DNA of 64,000 nucleotides, taken from NCBI RefSeq assembly GCF_009914755.1, contig NC_060945.1; one strand, given 5' to 3'. The notes under the pieces are model-generated. The model saw only the letters and a program-made list of their open reading frames with translations. It was not told where the DNA came from and did not search any database. Source of the DNA: the human T2T-CHM13v2.0 reference genome, Homo sapiens. Numbering within the stretch: the stretch's first letter is position 1; each line of letters starts with the position of its first letter. The position numbers and the translations under genes are program-made. Below are positions 46,250 to 62,700 of the stretch, piece by piece.

Positions 46250-47455
46250 TGGCAGTAGTAACACTAAGAAAGAGAGCTCTAGTGCTTTGAGGAAGAGTGT
46301 CCTTGAATATTTGGCTGACTTAGAACACATAAGTTATTTGAGAAAACAAGACATCCGTAAAAGAATTAATAGAAGCAAGCAGGTGCAACAGAACAATCTA
46401 TGTCACCCAAACGGAGCCAAGAATAGTTGACTTCTTATCAGCCAGAGCTGAAACCTTTCAAAATGGACAGTAAATTTTGGTTTTTGCTTTTAGTTTTGCC
46501 CTCACTGGGCTTTAAAATCAACCCTCAAGTAGGTAAAATTGATTTTAATTGATTTAACTGTACTCCAAAGTCCCAAAATGTCAAAAAATTCAAGTATGCG
46601 ACAATCTAAAACTTACCATAATTGAATCAAGAACTAACAGGTATGCAGGAAAAAACAATAGCTTATGACTCAAAATTAGGATGAGAAATGTTTTTAAAAG
46701 GCATCATAAGTAGAGAGTGACAAAGATACAAATACAGAATATATGTCATCACACAATGCAAGCCAGGAAGCAATGGGAGGGCATTGTTAAAAGGTAGAAA
46801 GAAAAATGAAGCTGACAACATAGAATTCTAAACTCAGAAATACATATTTTTTGTTAAAACAAAAAGAAGACAAAATAAAGGCTATTCACATATACTGCAG
46901 CTGAAAGAATGTATTGTCACCATATCAGTTCTACAAAAAATATTGATGATTTCTTGTTACAGAGAATAATATATGAAAGGAAAATGTAGAACTATACAAA
47001 TCAATGAAAAGCATAAGAATTATTAAATGCATGGGTACACATAAATGAGCTTTTTGCTTTTGCCTTCAATTTTTTAAAAATAATTACTGAATATTTAGAA
47101 GAAAACATTGAAAATGAATTGCTATGTTTATAATATGGAGGTAAATGTGAAGCTATACTAAAAGGCCAGAATAGAGAATACTGATAATACCATGGTAGTT
47201 TGATATTTTGCATTAGGTAATTATCTAGGGAAATATAAAATATTATTTGAGCTAGACCCCAATAAGTTAATGATGTATATTGTAAATTCTAGATGAACCT
47301 AAAAAATAGTACAACTAAAAATCAATAAAAGAAATAAAAGTAATAGAAAATAATTTCTCTAGAAAAAAAGTAGAAAATAAATGAATATATCAAAATTCAG
47401 AATAAGAATAAAATACATGAAAAATGGTAGTTAAAATGTTAAATATAGTTTAAAG
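46250..47455 (+). mobile_element. Old L1ME-like fragments
   Basis: catagaattctaaactcag..cagctgaaagaatgtattg resembles the end of ORF1; very diverged. Confidence 0.5.
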
Positions 47456-47457
47456 CT

Positions 47458-48525
47458 TAACATCAGTAATCATCAGATAAATGCAAATTAAAACTACTAT
47501 GAGATAGGCCAGGCACAGTGGCTCACGCCTGTAGTCCCAGCACTTTGGGAGGCCGAGGCAGGCAGATCATGAGGTCAAGAGTTTGAGACCAGCCTGGCCA
47601 ATATGGTGAAACCCCGTCTCTACTAAAAATACAAAAATTAGCCAGATGTGGTGGTGCACGCCTGTAGTCCTAGCTACTTGGGAGGCTGAGGCAGAATTGC
47701 TTGAAACTGGGATGCAGAGGTTGTAGTGAGCCAAAATCATGCCACTACACGCCATCCAGCCTGGGTGACAGAGTGAGACTTCGTCTCAAAAACAAAAACA
47801 AAAACAAAAAACTACAATGAGCTATTGTCTTACACCAGTCAGGGTTGCTATTATTAAAAAAAAAATAACAGATGTTGGCAAGAATAAAGACAAAAGGGAA
47901 CACTTATACACTGTTGGTAAAAATGTGAATTAATTCAACATCTGAGAAAGAGAATAAGCAGATTTCTCAAAAAATTAAAAATAAAACTACCTTTTGACCC
48001 AGCAATAACACTCCCAGGTATCTACCCAATGGAGAATAAATTGTTGTATCAAAAAGACCACTACACTTGAATGTTTATCAAAGCACTATTCACAATAAAA
48101 AGATATGGAATCAACCTAAGTGTCCATCAATGGGTGACTGGATAAGGAAAATGTGGTATACATACAGAATGAAATACTACCCAGCCAACAAAAAGAATGT
48201 CTTTTGCAGCAACATTGATAGAACTGGAGGCCATTATCGTAAGTGAAATAAGCGTAGAAAGCCAAATACTGCATATTCTCACTTATAAGTGAGTGCTAAA
48301 TAATATATACACATGGACATAGAGTGTGGACAATCGAGACTTGGAAGGGTGAAGGAGTTGGAGGAAGGTGAATAATGAGAAATTACTTAATGAGCAAAAT
48401 GTACATTATTCAGGTGGTGTCTGAAAAGCCCAGAGTTCACCACCATGTAATATATCCATGTAACAAAATTATACTTGTATCCCTCAAATTTTAAAAATAA
48501 AAAATATAAATTAAAAATAAATAAA
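47458..48525 (+). mobile_element. L1PB4-like 3' end interrupted by an Alu
   Basis: acatggacatagagtgtgga..gagaaattacttaatg..tatatccatgtaacaaaa, then an A tail. Confidence 0.88.
47507..47810 (+). mobile_element. AluS
   Basis: Dimer; TSD aaaactac(t/a)atgag(a/c)ta. Confidence 0.96.
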
Positions 48526-48911
48526 ATAGTTTACAATGTTAACTAAAAGGCAAAGATTGTAAAATTGGAGGAAAAAACAATGTATATTCTATCTACATAT
48601 AATTCAAACTATAAAGGTATAAACATTAAAAACTAATTAACGAAAAATGATGCATTGTGGTCACACTAATCAAAATAAACCAAGAATGGTATATCAATAT
48701 TAGACAAACTACATTCAGAACAAGAAACACACGGAACTACCTAAAGCTATAAAACCAGCAACTATAATTACACATAGTAAATATTGGATTTAATTGTAAA
48801 TTTTAAAAAAATCTTTCTTCTATAATCAGGAATAAGTCAAGAATATTTGCTTACACCATGTCTGTTAACATTTGTAAGCAAGAATATTTGCTTACAACAT
48901 GTCTGTTAACA

Positions 48912-50100
48912 TTCCTGTACTTCCTTATTTGTTGGCCAATTGTTTCATTGCATTATCAAATTTGTAAAATAGTTTGTGGTCTTCTCACTGGAAGATAAGA
49001 AAGCGACAAAACTACACTCTTTGGTATCTTTGTAAGAATTGAATTACAATTGCATAGTTAAAGTAGTGTTTATAGGGATACTTGTGGAATATGACACATA
49101 TTTGGAAGGAAGAACAGTCTGACATCAATGATTGAGGCTTCCCTATAATAAGCTAGAGAAAAAATGAAGAGAGAAGAACAAATTTAACAAATTGTGAGGA
49201 ATAAAATAGAGGCCTGGACTCTCTACTCAGTGCAATAATACAAGAAAAATAAACAAAAGTTACACCTAATGAAAAAGAAAATGCAATTTTTGGATACATA
49301 ATCAAAACATTAAGAATTATCTTACTGTAGATTATAAAGGTATAGGAAACAAAAAAATGTAGAACTCATTTAAAACTTCTCATTTATTTGTAAGAAACTT
49401 ATCAGTACTCTGTAAATTGTGCTGGTCTTCTTATTCTTGTGATATACATTACAATATAGACCAAGTATGTTTTCTATATTGAGGCAACATACATCGTTTT
49501 AAGTTTGGATCAGCCTTCAACAATTTATTCATTGTATTTTTATGAAAATTTGTTCATTTGATATCTGAGAATGTTTAATTGGAAGTTTTTTTTGCTAGCG
49601 TCATTTTCTTTGGGACTTCTTTATCCTTTTGGTAACAACCATTTTTTTTCAATTATGTTGACAATTTCATCTTCAGTATGTTCCTTTAAATGCATATCTA
49701 GAATCTCTCAAATGGTGACAGTCTCAACATTCCCATGAGCACCAATTTTCTACCTGCATTCAATTTTTTTCTTTTATTATTGTTTTTATTTTTCATTTCC
49801 TGTACTTCCTTATTTGTTGGCCAATTGTTTCATTGCATTATCAAATTTGTAAAATAGTTTGTGGTCTTCTCACTGGAAGATAAGAAAGCGACAATACTAC
49901 ACTCTTTGGTATCTTTGTAAGAATTGAATTACAATTGCATAGTTAAAGTAGTGTTTATAGGGATACTTGTGGAATATGACACATATTTGGAAGGAAGAAC
50001 AGTCTGACATCAATGATTGGGGCTTCCCTATAATAAGCTAGAGAAAAAATGAAGAGAGAAGAACAAATTTAACAAATTGTGAGGAATAAAATAAGAGGCC
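48912..50100. repeat. 303/304-bp near-identical direct repeat (48912-49214 and 49797-50100)
   Basis: Read base by base: three differences (2 substitutions, 1 single-base indel); offset 885 bp. Confidence 0.97.
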
Positions 50101-50111
50101 ATCACCTAACA

Positions 50112-50430
50112 CAGGGGTCTCCAACCCTTGGGCCATAGACTAGTCCCAGTCCATGGCTTGTTAGTAACCGCGCCGTGTAGCAGGAGGTAAGCAGCAGGCC
50201 AGGAACAAAGCTGAGTTCCCTCTCCTGACAGATCAGCAGTGGCATTAGATTCTCATAAGAGCCCAAACCCTATTGTGAGCTGCACATGCAAGGGATCTAG
50301 GTTGTGCGCTCCTTATGAGAATCTAATGATAAATGTAATGTGCTTGAGTCATGCCAAGACCACCCCTGCATTAATGGAAAAGTTGTCTTCCACTAAAGCG
50401 GCCCCTGATGAGGAAAGGCGAGGACCACTA
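50112..50430 (+). mobile_element. MER1 (hAT-Charlie) non-autonomous DNA transposon
   Basis: caggggtctccaaccc..gcattagattctcata..ggaccacta; imperfect 8-bp TSD acctaaca / accaaca. Confidence 0.9.
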
Positions 50431-50434
50431 ACCA

Positions 50435-51860
50435 ACAGACACTAAAATTATTTTTCAAATAATTTAAGAAAGACTTTCCATGCATAAATTTGGCATGATA
50501 GAAAATTAAGTTAACTTGAAAACATAACTAAGCAAAGTACACTCATGAGAAGATAACACAAAAATGTTCACCTATAAAAGGACTGAAAATGTATTAATAA
50601 AAAAAAAAACTTGCTACAAAGATAATATAAACTATATTCAAATAACCCTCAGGGAGATAGATGCAAATTCCTACTCAAATCTTGGCAAATTAAATACAGT
50701 AATATTTTTAAATTATCATTAATAAACATAAGTGGAGTTTATCCCTTTTTATATGATTGGCCAGTTCAATTTAATGTATTAATAGACTAAAAAAGACAAA
50801 AGTGTTTGGTTATTTTATAATTTAACAAAATTTTACCTGTAAAATCCATCAATATTTAAAAATTAAACAACAGTCTTCTAGATAACATATTGGTCAAAGA
50901 AAAAGCTACAAGGGATATTTACAAAATACTTAGAATACAATATACCAAATTTGAGTGCAGATAAAGCAATGGTTTGAGGAAAATGTATAACATTAGCACA
51001 CATACTATTACTACTAAAAAAAATTAATCAACAAATTAATTTTTCTAACTGAAGAAAATAGAAAAAGAGTAAGTAAATTCAAAGCTATAAGAATAAATAA
51101 TAAAAAAAGAAAAGGTAATTATGATTCAATTCAAAACAAAATAAAATATAGACCAAAATTAATGCAGGTAAGTATTCATTTCTGAGATTTTAAAATTGAC
51201 AAGTCTTTTTCCATATTGATGAAGACAAAAAGGGAATAGATACAAATAATATCATGAATGATATAAGGGATATCAACTCAGATTACTGAGCCTGTAAAAT
51301 TATAGTAAGGAAAGTTTTGTCAATAAATTTAACAAATTCAAAAATGTACAAATTTTTTAAATGTCATATACTATTGTAGTAAATCAGATAGAAGTCACCT
51401 TACTATTCAAGTTTCTATTAAAATAATCATTAAATTTTTATGAGAGTGAAAATGCAGTATCAGAGTACTTTACTGATTAGTTTCATCCTACATTTAAAGA
51501 ATAAAAGAATACACAAATTTTATATAAGCTCTTCCAGGAAACAGAGGAGGAAAACATATTTGTCAGCTTATTATATGATGCTCTCAATATATTAATACTA
51601 GAAAAAGGCAAACCATGGCAAGAAAACAAATGCAAAAATGCTTAATAAATATTAGCAAATCAAATTTAGCAATATAAATAACATGTCATTATTTGGGTGA
51701 GGTGGAGATAATCCCAAGCATGCAACATTGATTCAACATTCAAAAATTAACTTATTTTATTTGTAGCATCAATTTAGTAAACAAAATATATAAACATATA
51801 AATAGATATAGAAAATTAACTTTATAAAATTTAACATTTATTATCTGAAAAATAAGAAAT
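50435..51860 (+). mobile_element. Mosaic of old L1M ORF2 fragments
   Basis: tataccaaatttgagtgcag; atcccaagcatgcaacattgattcaacattc (PGMQGWFNI-like). Confidence 0.65.
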
Positions 51861-51861
51861 T

Positions 51862-52255
51862 AAAGGAACTTTCTTATATTTTTCTTTTCAGGATAGGGTA
51901 TTCTTGGTTGGCATTTTTGTTTTTCCTTCAGCATTTTGTATATGTCATCCCACTCCCTCAGGGCCTGGAAGAATTTAGATGAGAAATATGCTTCCAGGTA
52001 TATCAGAGCTTTTTCATATGTTATTTGCTTACTTGTGCCTCTTCTCTTCCTCCTTTCAGGATCCCTTTTTTCTCTTGACCATTGAGGTGACCTTTGATCT
52101 ACAACAACTAATGAATCAGAAGACATATATGTATTTTATAAATAATGCTTTCAGGCGTTGGGAAGAGAATTTCTTTCAGTCATCCCTAAAATGTGACTGT
52201 CTAGGAATTATGCTGATTACAATGGGATATTTTTAAGAAGCTTTCTTTTCCATCA
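51862..52255 (-). mobile_element. L1M ORF1 C-terminal fragment
   Basis: QALREWDDIYKMLKEKQKCQPRIPYPEK resembles the ORF1p C-terminal domain. Confidence 0.8.
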
Positions 52256-52678
52256 TGTCCACCTCTACATTTTGAAATCACAGTAAATAAGTTAGTGACA
52301 CCCTCTGAGGCACAGGAAAATTGATAAATTGAGGAATAATAGAAAAAAGAATAATAATATTAATAATATATTAATAATATAGGTTTATCCTAAAATGTTT
52401 TTGTGTAAACATGGTATAATCTTTTTTAAAAAATAAAATTTATCCAAAAACAGTTCATAACTTGCTTCTAGAAGATAAGGTCAACAATTACATATAAGGT
52501 CTTTTAATGTCCACTCCTCAGTTTAATGCAATTGTGTTTACTATCATTATTTTTAACATGACTTTTAAATGAAATTATGTTTATTATAATAAATATAAGA
52601 AATTTATAAAAATAAAAGAGTGAAATACACTGTCACATAATATTACACTATCAAAAATAACTTTTAAACAAAGTAACT

Positions 52679-54734
<2,056 letters not shown>

Positions 54735-55289
54735 ACAAAGTAACTATTTTAAATATGCCAGCAAATATCTGTACAGATAATAGATTGTCCAGAGGAGCTA
54801 TTGCTCAAAACTCTCTGGAATTTTAGTCTTTTTCCCAAATAATGGGGTTAATGAAAACTTTAACTCATTCCCATGAAGGAATAAAATGGATACATGAACA
54901 CCATGAACAATATAAGATGACTGCTGCATAATCAACCCCAGTTGTTTAGTGCACCCCTTTGCAACACTAATGGAAGCTACCATAGGCCCCAAAGTATTTT
55001 AGCTATTGTCTAAATAGTAGACTTAAGGAATTTTTTTTAAAAAGAGATCTGAAGTTGAAATACAGTAAATTTTATTAAAGTACCTAAGAATGTCTGAAAG
55101 CCTCCTAAAAGAAAATATGTGTTCAAAGATTAACCAAATGGAAGAGATTACTCTCTATGTGATAGTAGTTCCAGTCAATATGCAGTCTTATTGATTTAAA
55201 CAAAGGCAAAGAAAAACACAAATTTATTTTAATGTCTAAAAATTCTTCTCTGAATATCACTGAATATTAAATCATAGAATGTTAGGCTT

Positions 55290-55637
<348 letters not shown>

Positions 55638-56707
55638 TTACTGAACTTTAACTCTTAGCAAGGACTAAATTATTTCTCTCAATTTAGAGAAATAGAATTA
55701 TAACCTATATTTCCTAACTCCAAGTTAGTGCTCTTCTAAAAACAATTGAGTAAACGGTTTTATCTTTCCGTTTCTGCCTGAGTTAAACTGACTTACAAAT
55801 TATATGATTAACATATGTGAAACACATATAATAAATCTACATTTATGTAAAGACAACATTCTTCTTTACCAATTCCATTCTTAGAGAACACTGGAAAACT
55901 TCGATGAAGAATGACTTTCCCTTTAGCCTTTAAGTCATTTAAATTTAGTGAATGCATTCACTATTATATTCCCAACATAAACGGCATAATCTTTCTCATC
56001 TCTGTTTTATTCCTCGTTGCCCATATGTAATTGACTAAACTGAAATTAGTACAGCAAATTTTTCTTCAGTTTGTTGAAGTTGCAAACATTGATTCTTGAA
56101 CTAACAGCATTTTTTATAATAATGATATAGGTAAAGATCAGCATCATTAGACTATGGAGCAGAGTTGCCTGAACATTCGTGGAAAAAAATAAATTGAAAG
56201 TGGTTATTACAACTATCCTCACTACACTTCCTTGAAAATACACAGGATATCTATTGCAAACTTGGATACAAACCATTACTCTGCTATTAAACAATATTAG
56301 TCTAAATATCTATAGTTTAACACAGTTATTGCCTCATTATACAGGATGTTGATCTTATATAGTGTAGAGTTCAACTGTTTTTCTATTGCAAAAATGAAAC
56401 ATACCTTACAACTTCAAAAGGCAAAATATACTGTATTAAAAGGAATTAAATCTTTGAAAAAATGAAAGCTGATATGATAAATGATGCTGTCTACTAAAAT
56501 CATCAGAATAACTAAAATAATTAGTCTCATCACAGAAGCAAGAGTCATTTCAAAAAGAATAACTATTACTCAAACACTTTAAAATATTGATAATTGTTAT
56601 AATTACCAATGAATCATTCAAAATATACATTGTTCCTAAGATAAAATTCTTGTTAATTTATTTGAGGCACTAATTCATAAATATACTGAACAAAAATGTA
56701 AAGATTA

Positions 56708-57107
56708 TAATATGGTTTGGAGGTTTGCCTCATCGAAATCTCATGTTGAGATGTGATTCCCAGTTTTGGAGGTGGGGCCTGGTGGGAGGTGTTGAATCAT
56801 AGGAGTGGATTCTCCATGAAATGCCTAACATCATTCTCTTGGTGATAAATGAGTTCTCATTCTGAGTTCACACAAGATACGGTTGTGTATAAAGAGGTCT
56901 CTCTTGCTCCCTCTCTCACTATGGGATGTGCCCGGGGCCCTTTTACCTTTGGCCATGATTATAAGCTTCTTGAAGCCTTCACCAGAAGCACATGCTGGCT
57001 TCACACTTCCTGTACAGCCTGCAGAACCATAAGCCAATTTAATTTTTTTCTCTATAAGTTATCCAGCCTCAAGTATTCCTTTATAGCAATGCAAATGGAC
57101 TAAAACA
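56708..57107 (+). mobile_element. MST (MSTB-like) MaLR solo LTR
   Basis: atatggtttgg..ggaggtggggcctggtgggaggtg..ttatagcaatgcaaatggactaaaaca; 5-bp TSD gatta/gattg. Confidence 0.92.
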
Positions 57108-57395
57108 GATTGTGTTGTGATTTTTTTACACTCATAAACATTGCTGAAATTTGTGGCATAATTTAAATGATTTTAATGATATTACAAGTGGTCATTAAGC
57201 CATTTTAATTTTCCATCTATAATGAAAGATAAAAAGATCTGTAGCAGATATATCATGAAAGTATCAAAAGAGTCTTAAAAACTGAAGTATTTCTTGTATA
57301 TATGGGGTTCATGAATATTAATACAAAAATGAAAATATTTCTTCCCATACCTGTTTATTAAATTTAAAAAACTGTATATATTTCAAATATGAATG

Positions 57396-58147
57396 GTATT
57401 ATGGATTGAACTGTGTCACCCAAGGAAAGATACTTTGAAATCCTAAGCTCCAGCATTTCAGAATGTGGACTTATTGGAAATATAATTATCGCAGATGTGA
57501 TTAGTTAAGATGAGGTTATACAGAAGTAGTGTGGACCCTAATCCAATATGATTGTTATCCTTATAAGAAAACTGCAGTAAAAACAGACACGCTGAGGCAG
57601 AACGCTATGTGATGTTGAAGGCAGAGACTGAAGGCAGCTGCAAGCGAAGGAACATCCAAGATTGCCTGAAAACCACCAGAAGCTAGAAAAAGGCAGGGAA
57701 AGATTTTCCTACAGGTTTCAGAGGGGAGTATGTCTCACCCATCCCCTTGATTTTGGACTTCTAGCCTCCAGAAAAGGAAACAATATTTTTTATTTTATTT
57801 TTTGTTTGTTTGTTTGTTTTTGAGACAGAGTCTAGCTCTGTCACCCAGGCTGGAGTGCAATGGCACCATCTCTGCTTACTGCAACCTTCACCTCCCAGGT
57901 TCAAGCAATTCTCTGCCTTAGCCTCCTGAGTACCTGGGACTACAGGTGCCCGCAACCACACCTGGCTATTTTTTTTTGTATTTTTAGTAGAGACGGGGTT
58001 TCACCATCTTGGCCAGGCTGGTCTTGAACTCCTGACCTTGTGATCTGCTTGCCTCGGCCTCCCAAAGTGCTGGGATTACAGGCGTGAGCCATTTTTTATT
58101 GTTTTATGACACCCACATTGTTATAGCAGCACCTGGAAATTAATTCA
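57396..58147 (+). mobile_element. MLT1C-like LTR interrupted by an Alu
   Basis: atggattgaactgtgtc..gcagatgtgattagttaagatgagg..ccaccagaagctag..ttatagcagc. Confidence 0.88.
57786..58091 (-). mobile_element. AluS, slightly 5'-truncated
   Basis: Reverse dimer; TSD attttttatt. Confidence 0.95.
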
Positions 58148-58519
58148 AATTGTATTTTCGTATTTTCAGCTTTCAAGGAGACTATGAAATTGGAAGAAAG
58201 AAAAGTGATCCCAAATTACAATCACTGATAGATATATAATGTACAAATAATATTAAAATATTTATCTGATGCTTATATATGTGTGTTTGTCAACAATAAA
58301 TACATTTATTTGCTGTTTTTTTTAGACAGGCATTCAAGCTAGGCATCTACTCTGATAAGAATACCATATTTCTAGTACTTTCAGTAGCATGTGACTACAT
58401 TGTCAGGTTGAAAGTGAAGGAATTGCTATGGAAGTGATTGGTAGATCTTCTAAAGAGATGCCCATCTCTTTACTTTGTAATCAGACTGACATTGACTTTG
58501 TATAATGTGGCCATTCTTG

Positions 58520-59005
58520 TCCTTCAGAGCTACCTTTGTGCATGTGCTTTTGAAATATCACCTACAGCTTCAATAGTCCCCAGTTTCTATCTCTACCTCA
58601 GATCTCTCTCCTAATGACAAGACATGAAAATTGATTGTCTAACTGATATCTTCTCTTTTTTGTCTCAAACACCTCTCAAAATCAACAAGATCAAAGTCAA
58701 ACTCTAGATTACAATACCGCCCTTTTTCTTCTTCAATGTATCTGCCTTTTCTATTTCTCAGGTCATGAACCAATAAATGAGTTCTCTATTTCTTCTACTT
58801 CAAACTTTCCATCTGAAATCTATTAAGAGATACTATTGGCCTAATCTGAAAATACATCCAAAATCTACCTACTTCTACAACTAGTACCATCCACCATTAT
58901 TTTTCTTCTGAAAAATTACAGTATTCTCTGAATAAGTATTTCTACTTCTTCCTTTGCCCCTTGTGTATTCTCAACATAGTCATCAGAATGAGCCTTTAAA
59001 ATACA
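58520..59005 (+). mobile_element. L2 relic
   Basis: cccagtttctatctctacctcagatctctctcc..tcaaaatcaacaagatcaaagtcaaactc..cctttgcccc. Confidence 0.75.
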
Positions 59006-59009
59006 AGGG

Positions 59010-59780
59010 AGAGGTCTTTCAGTCTGGGAAAGATGGCATATATTCATCTCTCTCTGTCTCCACTACATAAAATGACAAATCCTGGAACCAATGCAAAAGA
59101 GAAGCAAAGGAAAACTCCAAACATTGGAAAGAAAAAGGCAGAATAGTTAGGGACCCCAAACATGAAGGAGGGGTATCTTACATTTGCTGGTCTAATATTT
59201 TATATTAAAGACTGTCAACAGAAAGTAGTCCATGTATGCTCATTCCTCCCTGAATTGAAGGGGAGTCAAGCCCATGACATGAGGAAAGTACAGCAGTATT
59301 GACAAGGGAGAGCAATTGTATGCCCCACTAAAAATAAATGGACAGCCATAAGATCTTTCCTTAGCCAGGCTTAAAGTTCCCTCCCCAGTCTAGGGGACCC
59401 AAGGCTGGGTGTCATCCTCACCACAAGTGCCTGGCCTTCAGCCTTTTTTTCTCTCTGCATTCTGGAGACTCTGTTCCTCAATGTAGACACAACAGGCTTT
59501 CAGGCCTGGGGAGGTGATATCTGTCTTCCTGAGCAGCACCAGCAAGAGCTAGGAGACCAACAGGAGCCCAAAAGCATAAGATAACACAAGCACATCAAAA
59601 TAGTATTACACTGCATCTGAAACTAAGGTTGCTGTTGGAAACACAGCTCCCCAAAATAGGCTAGGACCTGTATAATAAGCCTAAGAAAAATGATTTTTCA
59701 CAAACAAGAGTTAAATAAACAGTAATCAGAATCTCCTGACTCAATAGCCAAAATATCAAGATCACAGTCAACGATCATCT
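59010..59780 (+). mobile_element. Old L1M 5' region
   Basis: gaaagatggc start; degenerate 5' UTR-like sequence. Confidence 0.5.
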
Positions 59781-59782
59781 AT

Positions 59783-62700
59783 TGGAAGAGCCAAGATGGC
59801 CAAGATGGAAGAGCCTCTCATACTCAGAGACCAGACCACTAAGAAGACCTGCACAGTCCAAGATCTTCAGAAGGAAGGCACTGAGAATATACAGCCCAGG
59901 GAAGATGCAGACCCTGGGCTAAGGGAGAGAAAGCTGGGAACGCTTCACAGGGTTATCTAGCACTACAACTGATTCCTGGCTAACAGCAGCTGTGAGAAAA
60001 GGGGTGAGTTACACAGGCATGTAGTTGCCACTCTAGCCAAGAACCTCCACAATCTTAGACGCAGGAGATCCCATGCACCCCATGGACATTTGGGCTGGCC
60101 GAGAGAGCTGCTTGGAGAGTTGGCTGGGACAGGACTCTATCCTGTGCAGGACCCAGAGGGTTTGACAAACAAACAGCTGCAGTGGAACATGTCCAGGGAT
60201 ATCCATTTCCTAGGCTCACAATGCTCCTGTAGGTGGCTTTGACCTTTGTTGACTATCTGGACAGAACAGGGCTACCTTTCCAGTGAGATGGGGCCAGTCT
60301 GATCTGGGTGTCCCCCTGTCTGCTTTTCTAAGGGTCATGCCTGGTCACACCTGCTTACAGCGCAGCCTCTGATGTCCAAGCAGGGCACTTCCCAGGGACC
60401 ACCACAATAGCGCCTTTGGTGGTAAACCTTGTGTAACTGTCAGAGAGCTTCTGCAGTCAGGCCTGTGCTGGCAAACACTGACCATAGCATCCCCCAAATG
60501 TTTTGTCAGAACAAGGGTGTGGACCTCACTGCAGCTGCCCTGCTGCTACCACTGCATGTGTGTGAGCATGAACCCCACTGCCATTGCTCCAACAAAGTTG
60601 TTTTGCTGGCACCCCCTATTGGAATGTTGTTGGCAGCAGATCGAGAACATCTTGACCCCTCCAGTGCAGCAGATTCTTAATGTCACAGGGCCAGGGAACA
60701 AAGCTTTGGGCCTGGTTCCAACTCCCCAGGGTCAGAACAGGCCATCCATGGGTGCTGAGCTGAGCCTTGGCTCCCTAGTATTGGCCAGAAGTGAAGCCAG
60801 TCAACACAATCCAACTTATACTGTAGTCAAAACCTCAAGGGTATCCATGAATATATACATATAAAAAAGCCCCATTCAAAGAACATCAACTACAAACACT
60901 AAAAGAACACTATTCCACAAAGATGAGAAAGAACCAGTGTAAGACCTCTGGCAACTCTAAAAGCTAGAATTTCTTCTTACTTCCAAATAACCACATTAAC
61001 TCCACAGAACTCTTTCCTTACCAGAATGAAATGTCTGGAAAGACAGACATAGAATTCAGAATCTGGATGACAACAAAGATCATCGAAATTCAGGAGAAGG
61101 TTGAAACCCAATCCAAGATATGTAAGAAATTCCATAAAATGATACAAGAGCTAAAAGATGAAATAGCCATTTGATGAAAGAAAGGAAAAAAAAATAGACC
61201 TGAGAGCTGAAAAACCCACTATAAGAATTTTATAATACAATCAGAAGTATTAGCAGCAGAATAGACAGACCAAGCTGAGGAAAGATTCTCAGAATTCAAA
61301 GACCTGTTCTTTGAATCAACTAAGTCAGACAAAAAGAAAGAAAAAAGAATGAACAAAACATCTGAGAAATATATGATTATGCAAAGAAACTAAACCTATG
61401 ACTCATTGGAGTCAAAGGAACTCACTGGAGTCAAAGGATCTAAACCTATGACTCATTGAAAGAGGGAGAGAGAGAACAAGCAACTTAGAAAACATATATT
61501 AAGATATCCTCTGTGAAAATTTCCCCAACCTTGCTAAAGAGATCCCCAGTGTGATACTACACAAGTCAAACCTTTTACAAGACTATGACTCAGCAGATTA
61601 TCCAAGGTCAACATGTTAAAAAAATATATTAAAGACAGTTGGAGAGTAGGGGCAGGTTATTTACAAATGGAACCCCATTAGGTTAACTACAGACCTTTCA
61701 GCAGAAACCCCAAAAGTCAACATCTTTAAATTAAAAAAAAAAAATTACCAAGAATTCCATATCTAGCCAAAGTAAGCTCTATAAGTGAATGAGAAATAAA
61801 ATTGTTTTCAGACAAACAAATGCTAAGGACGTTCATTACATTGGATTTTCTTTGTAAGAAGTTTTTAGGGGCATGCTAAAGTTGAAAACTAAAGACCCTT
61901 ACTGCCCACCACAAAACGCACTTAAGTACATAGACAATTGACATTATGAAGCCACTATGCAAACAAGTCTGCAAAACAACCAACTACCAGTGTGATGACA
62001 GGATCAAATACCCACATATAAACTGTAACCTTGAACATAGTAATAAATGGGCTAAACATACACTTTTAAAAGCAGAGAGGGTAAAGTTGGATAAAGAAGC
62101 AAAACCCAACCATATGCTGTCTTCATGATACCCATATCATACGCAAGAACGCACATCAGCTAAAAGTAAAGGGATAGAGAAAATTCTATCAAGCAAATGA
62201 AAAAAAAAACAGCAAAAAAAGGAGGGGCTGCCATTTTTATTTCAAACAAAATAGACTTTAAACCAACAATTATCAAAAAAGACAAAGAAGAACATTACAT
62301 AATGATAAAGCATTTAATTCCATAAGACTTAACTATACTAAATATAAGTGCACCCAACACTAGGACACCTAGATTCATTAAACAAGTTCTTAGAAATCTA
62401 GGAAGAGATCTAGATATCTAGGGAATTTAGATAACTACGCAGTAATAGTGGGAGACTTAAAACACACCACTGACAGTATTAGACAGATCACCAAGGCAGA
62501 AAATAAAAAAAAAGGATATTTGGTACCTAAACTAAACACTTGACCAAATGAACCTAATAGATAAATACAGAACACTGCACCCAACAACAAGATAATATAA
62601 ATTTTTCTCACCTGTACATGGCACATATGCTAAAATCAACCACACATTCAGCCACAAAGAAATTCTCAACAATTTTTTTAAACCTGGAAATCATAACAAC

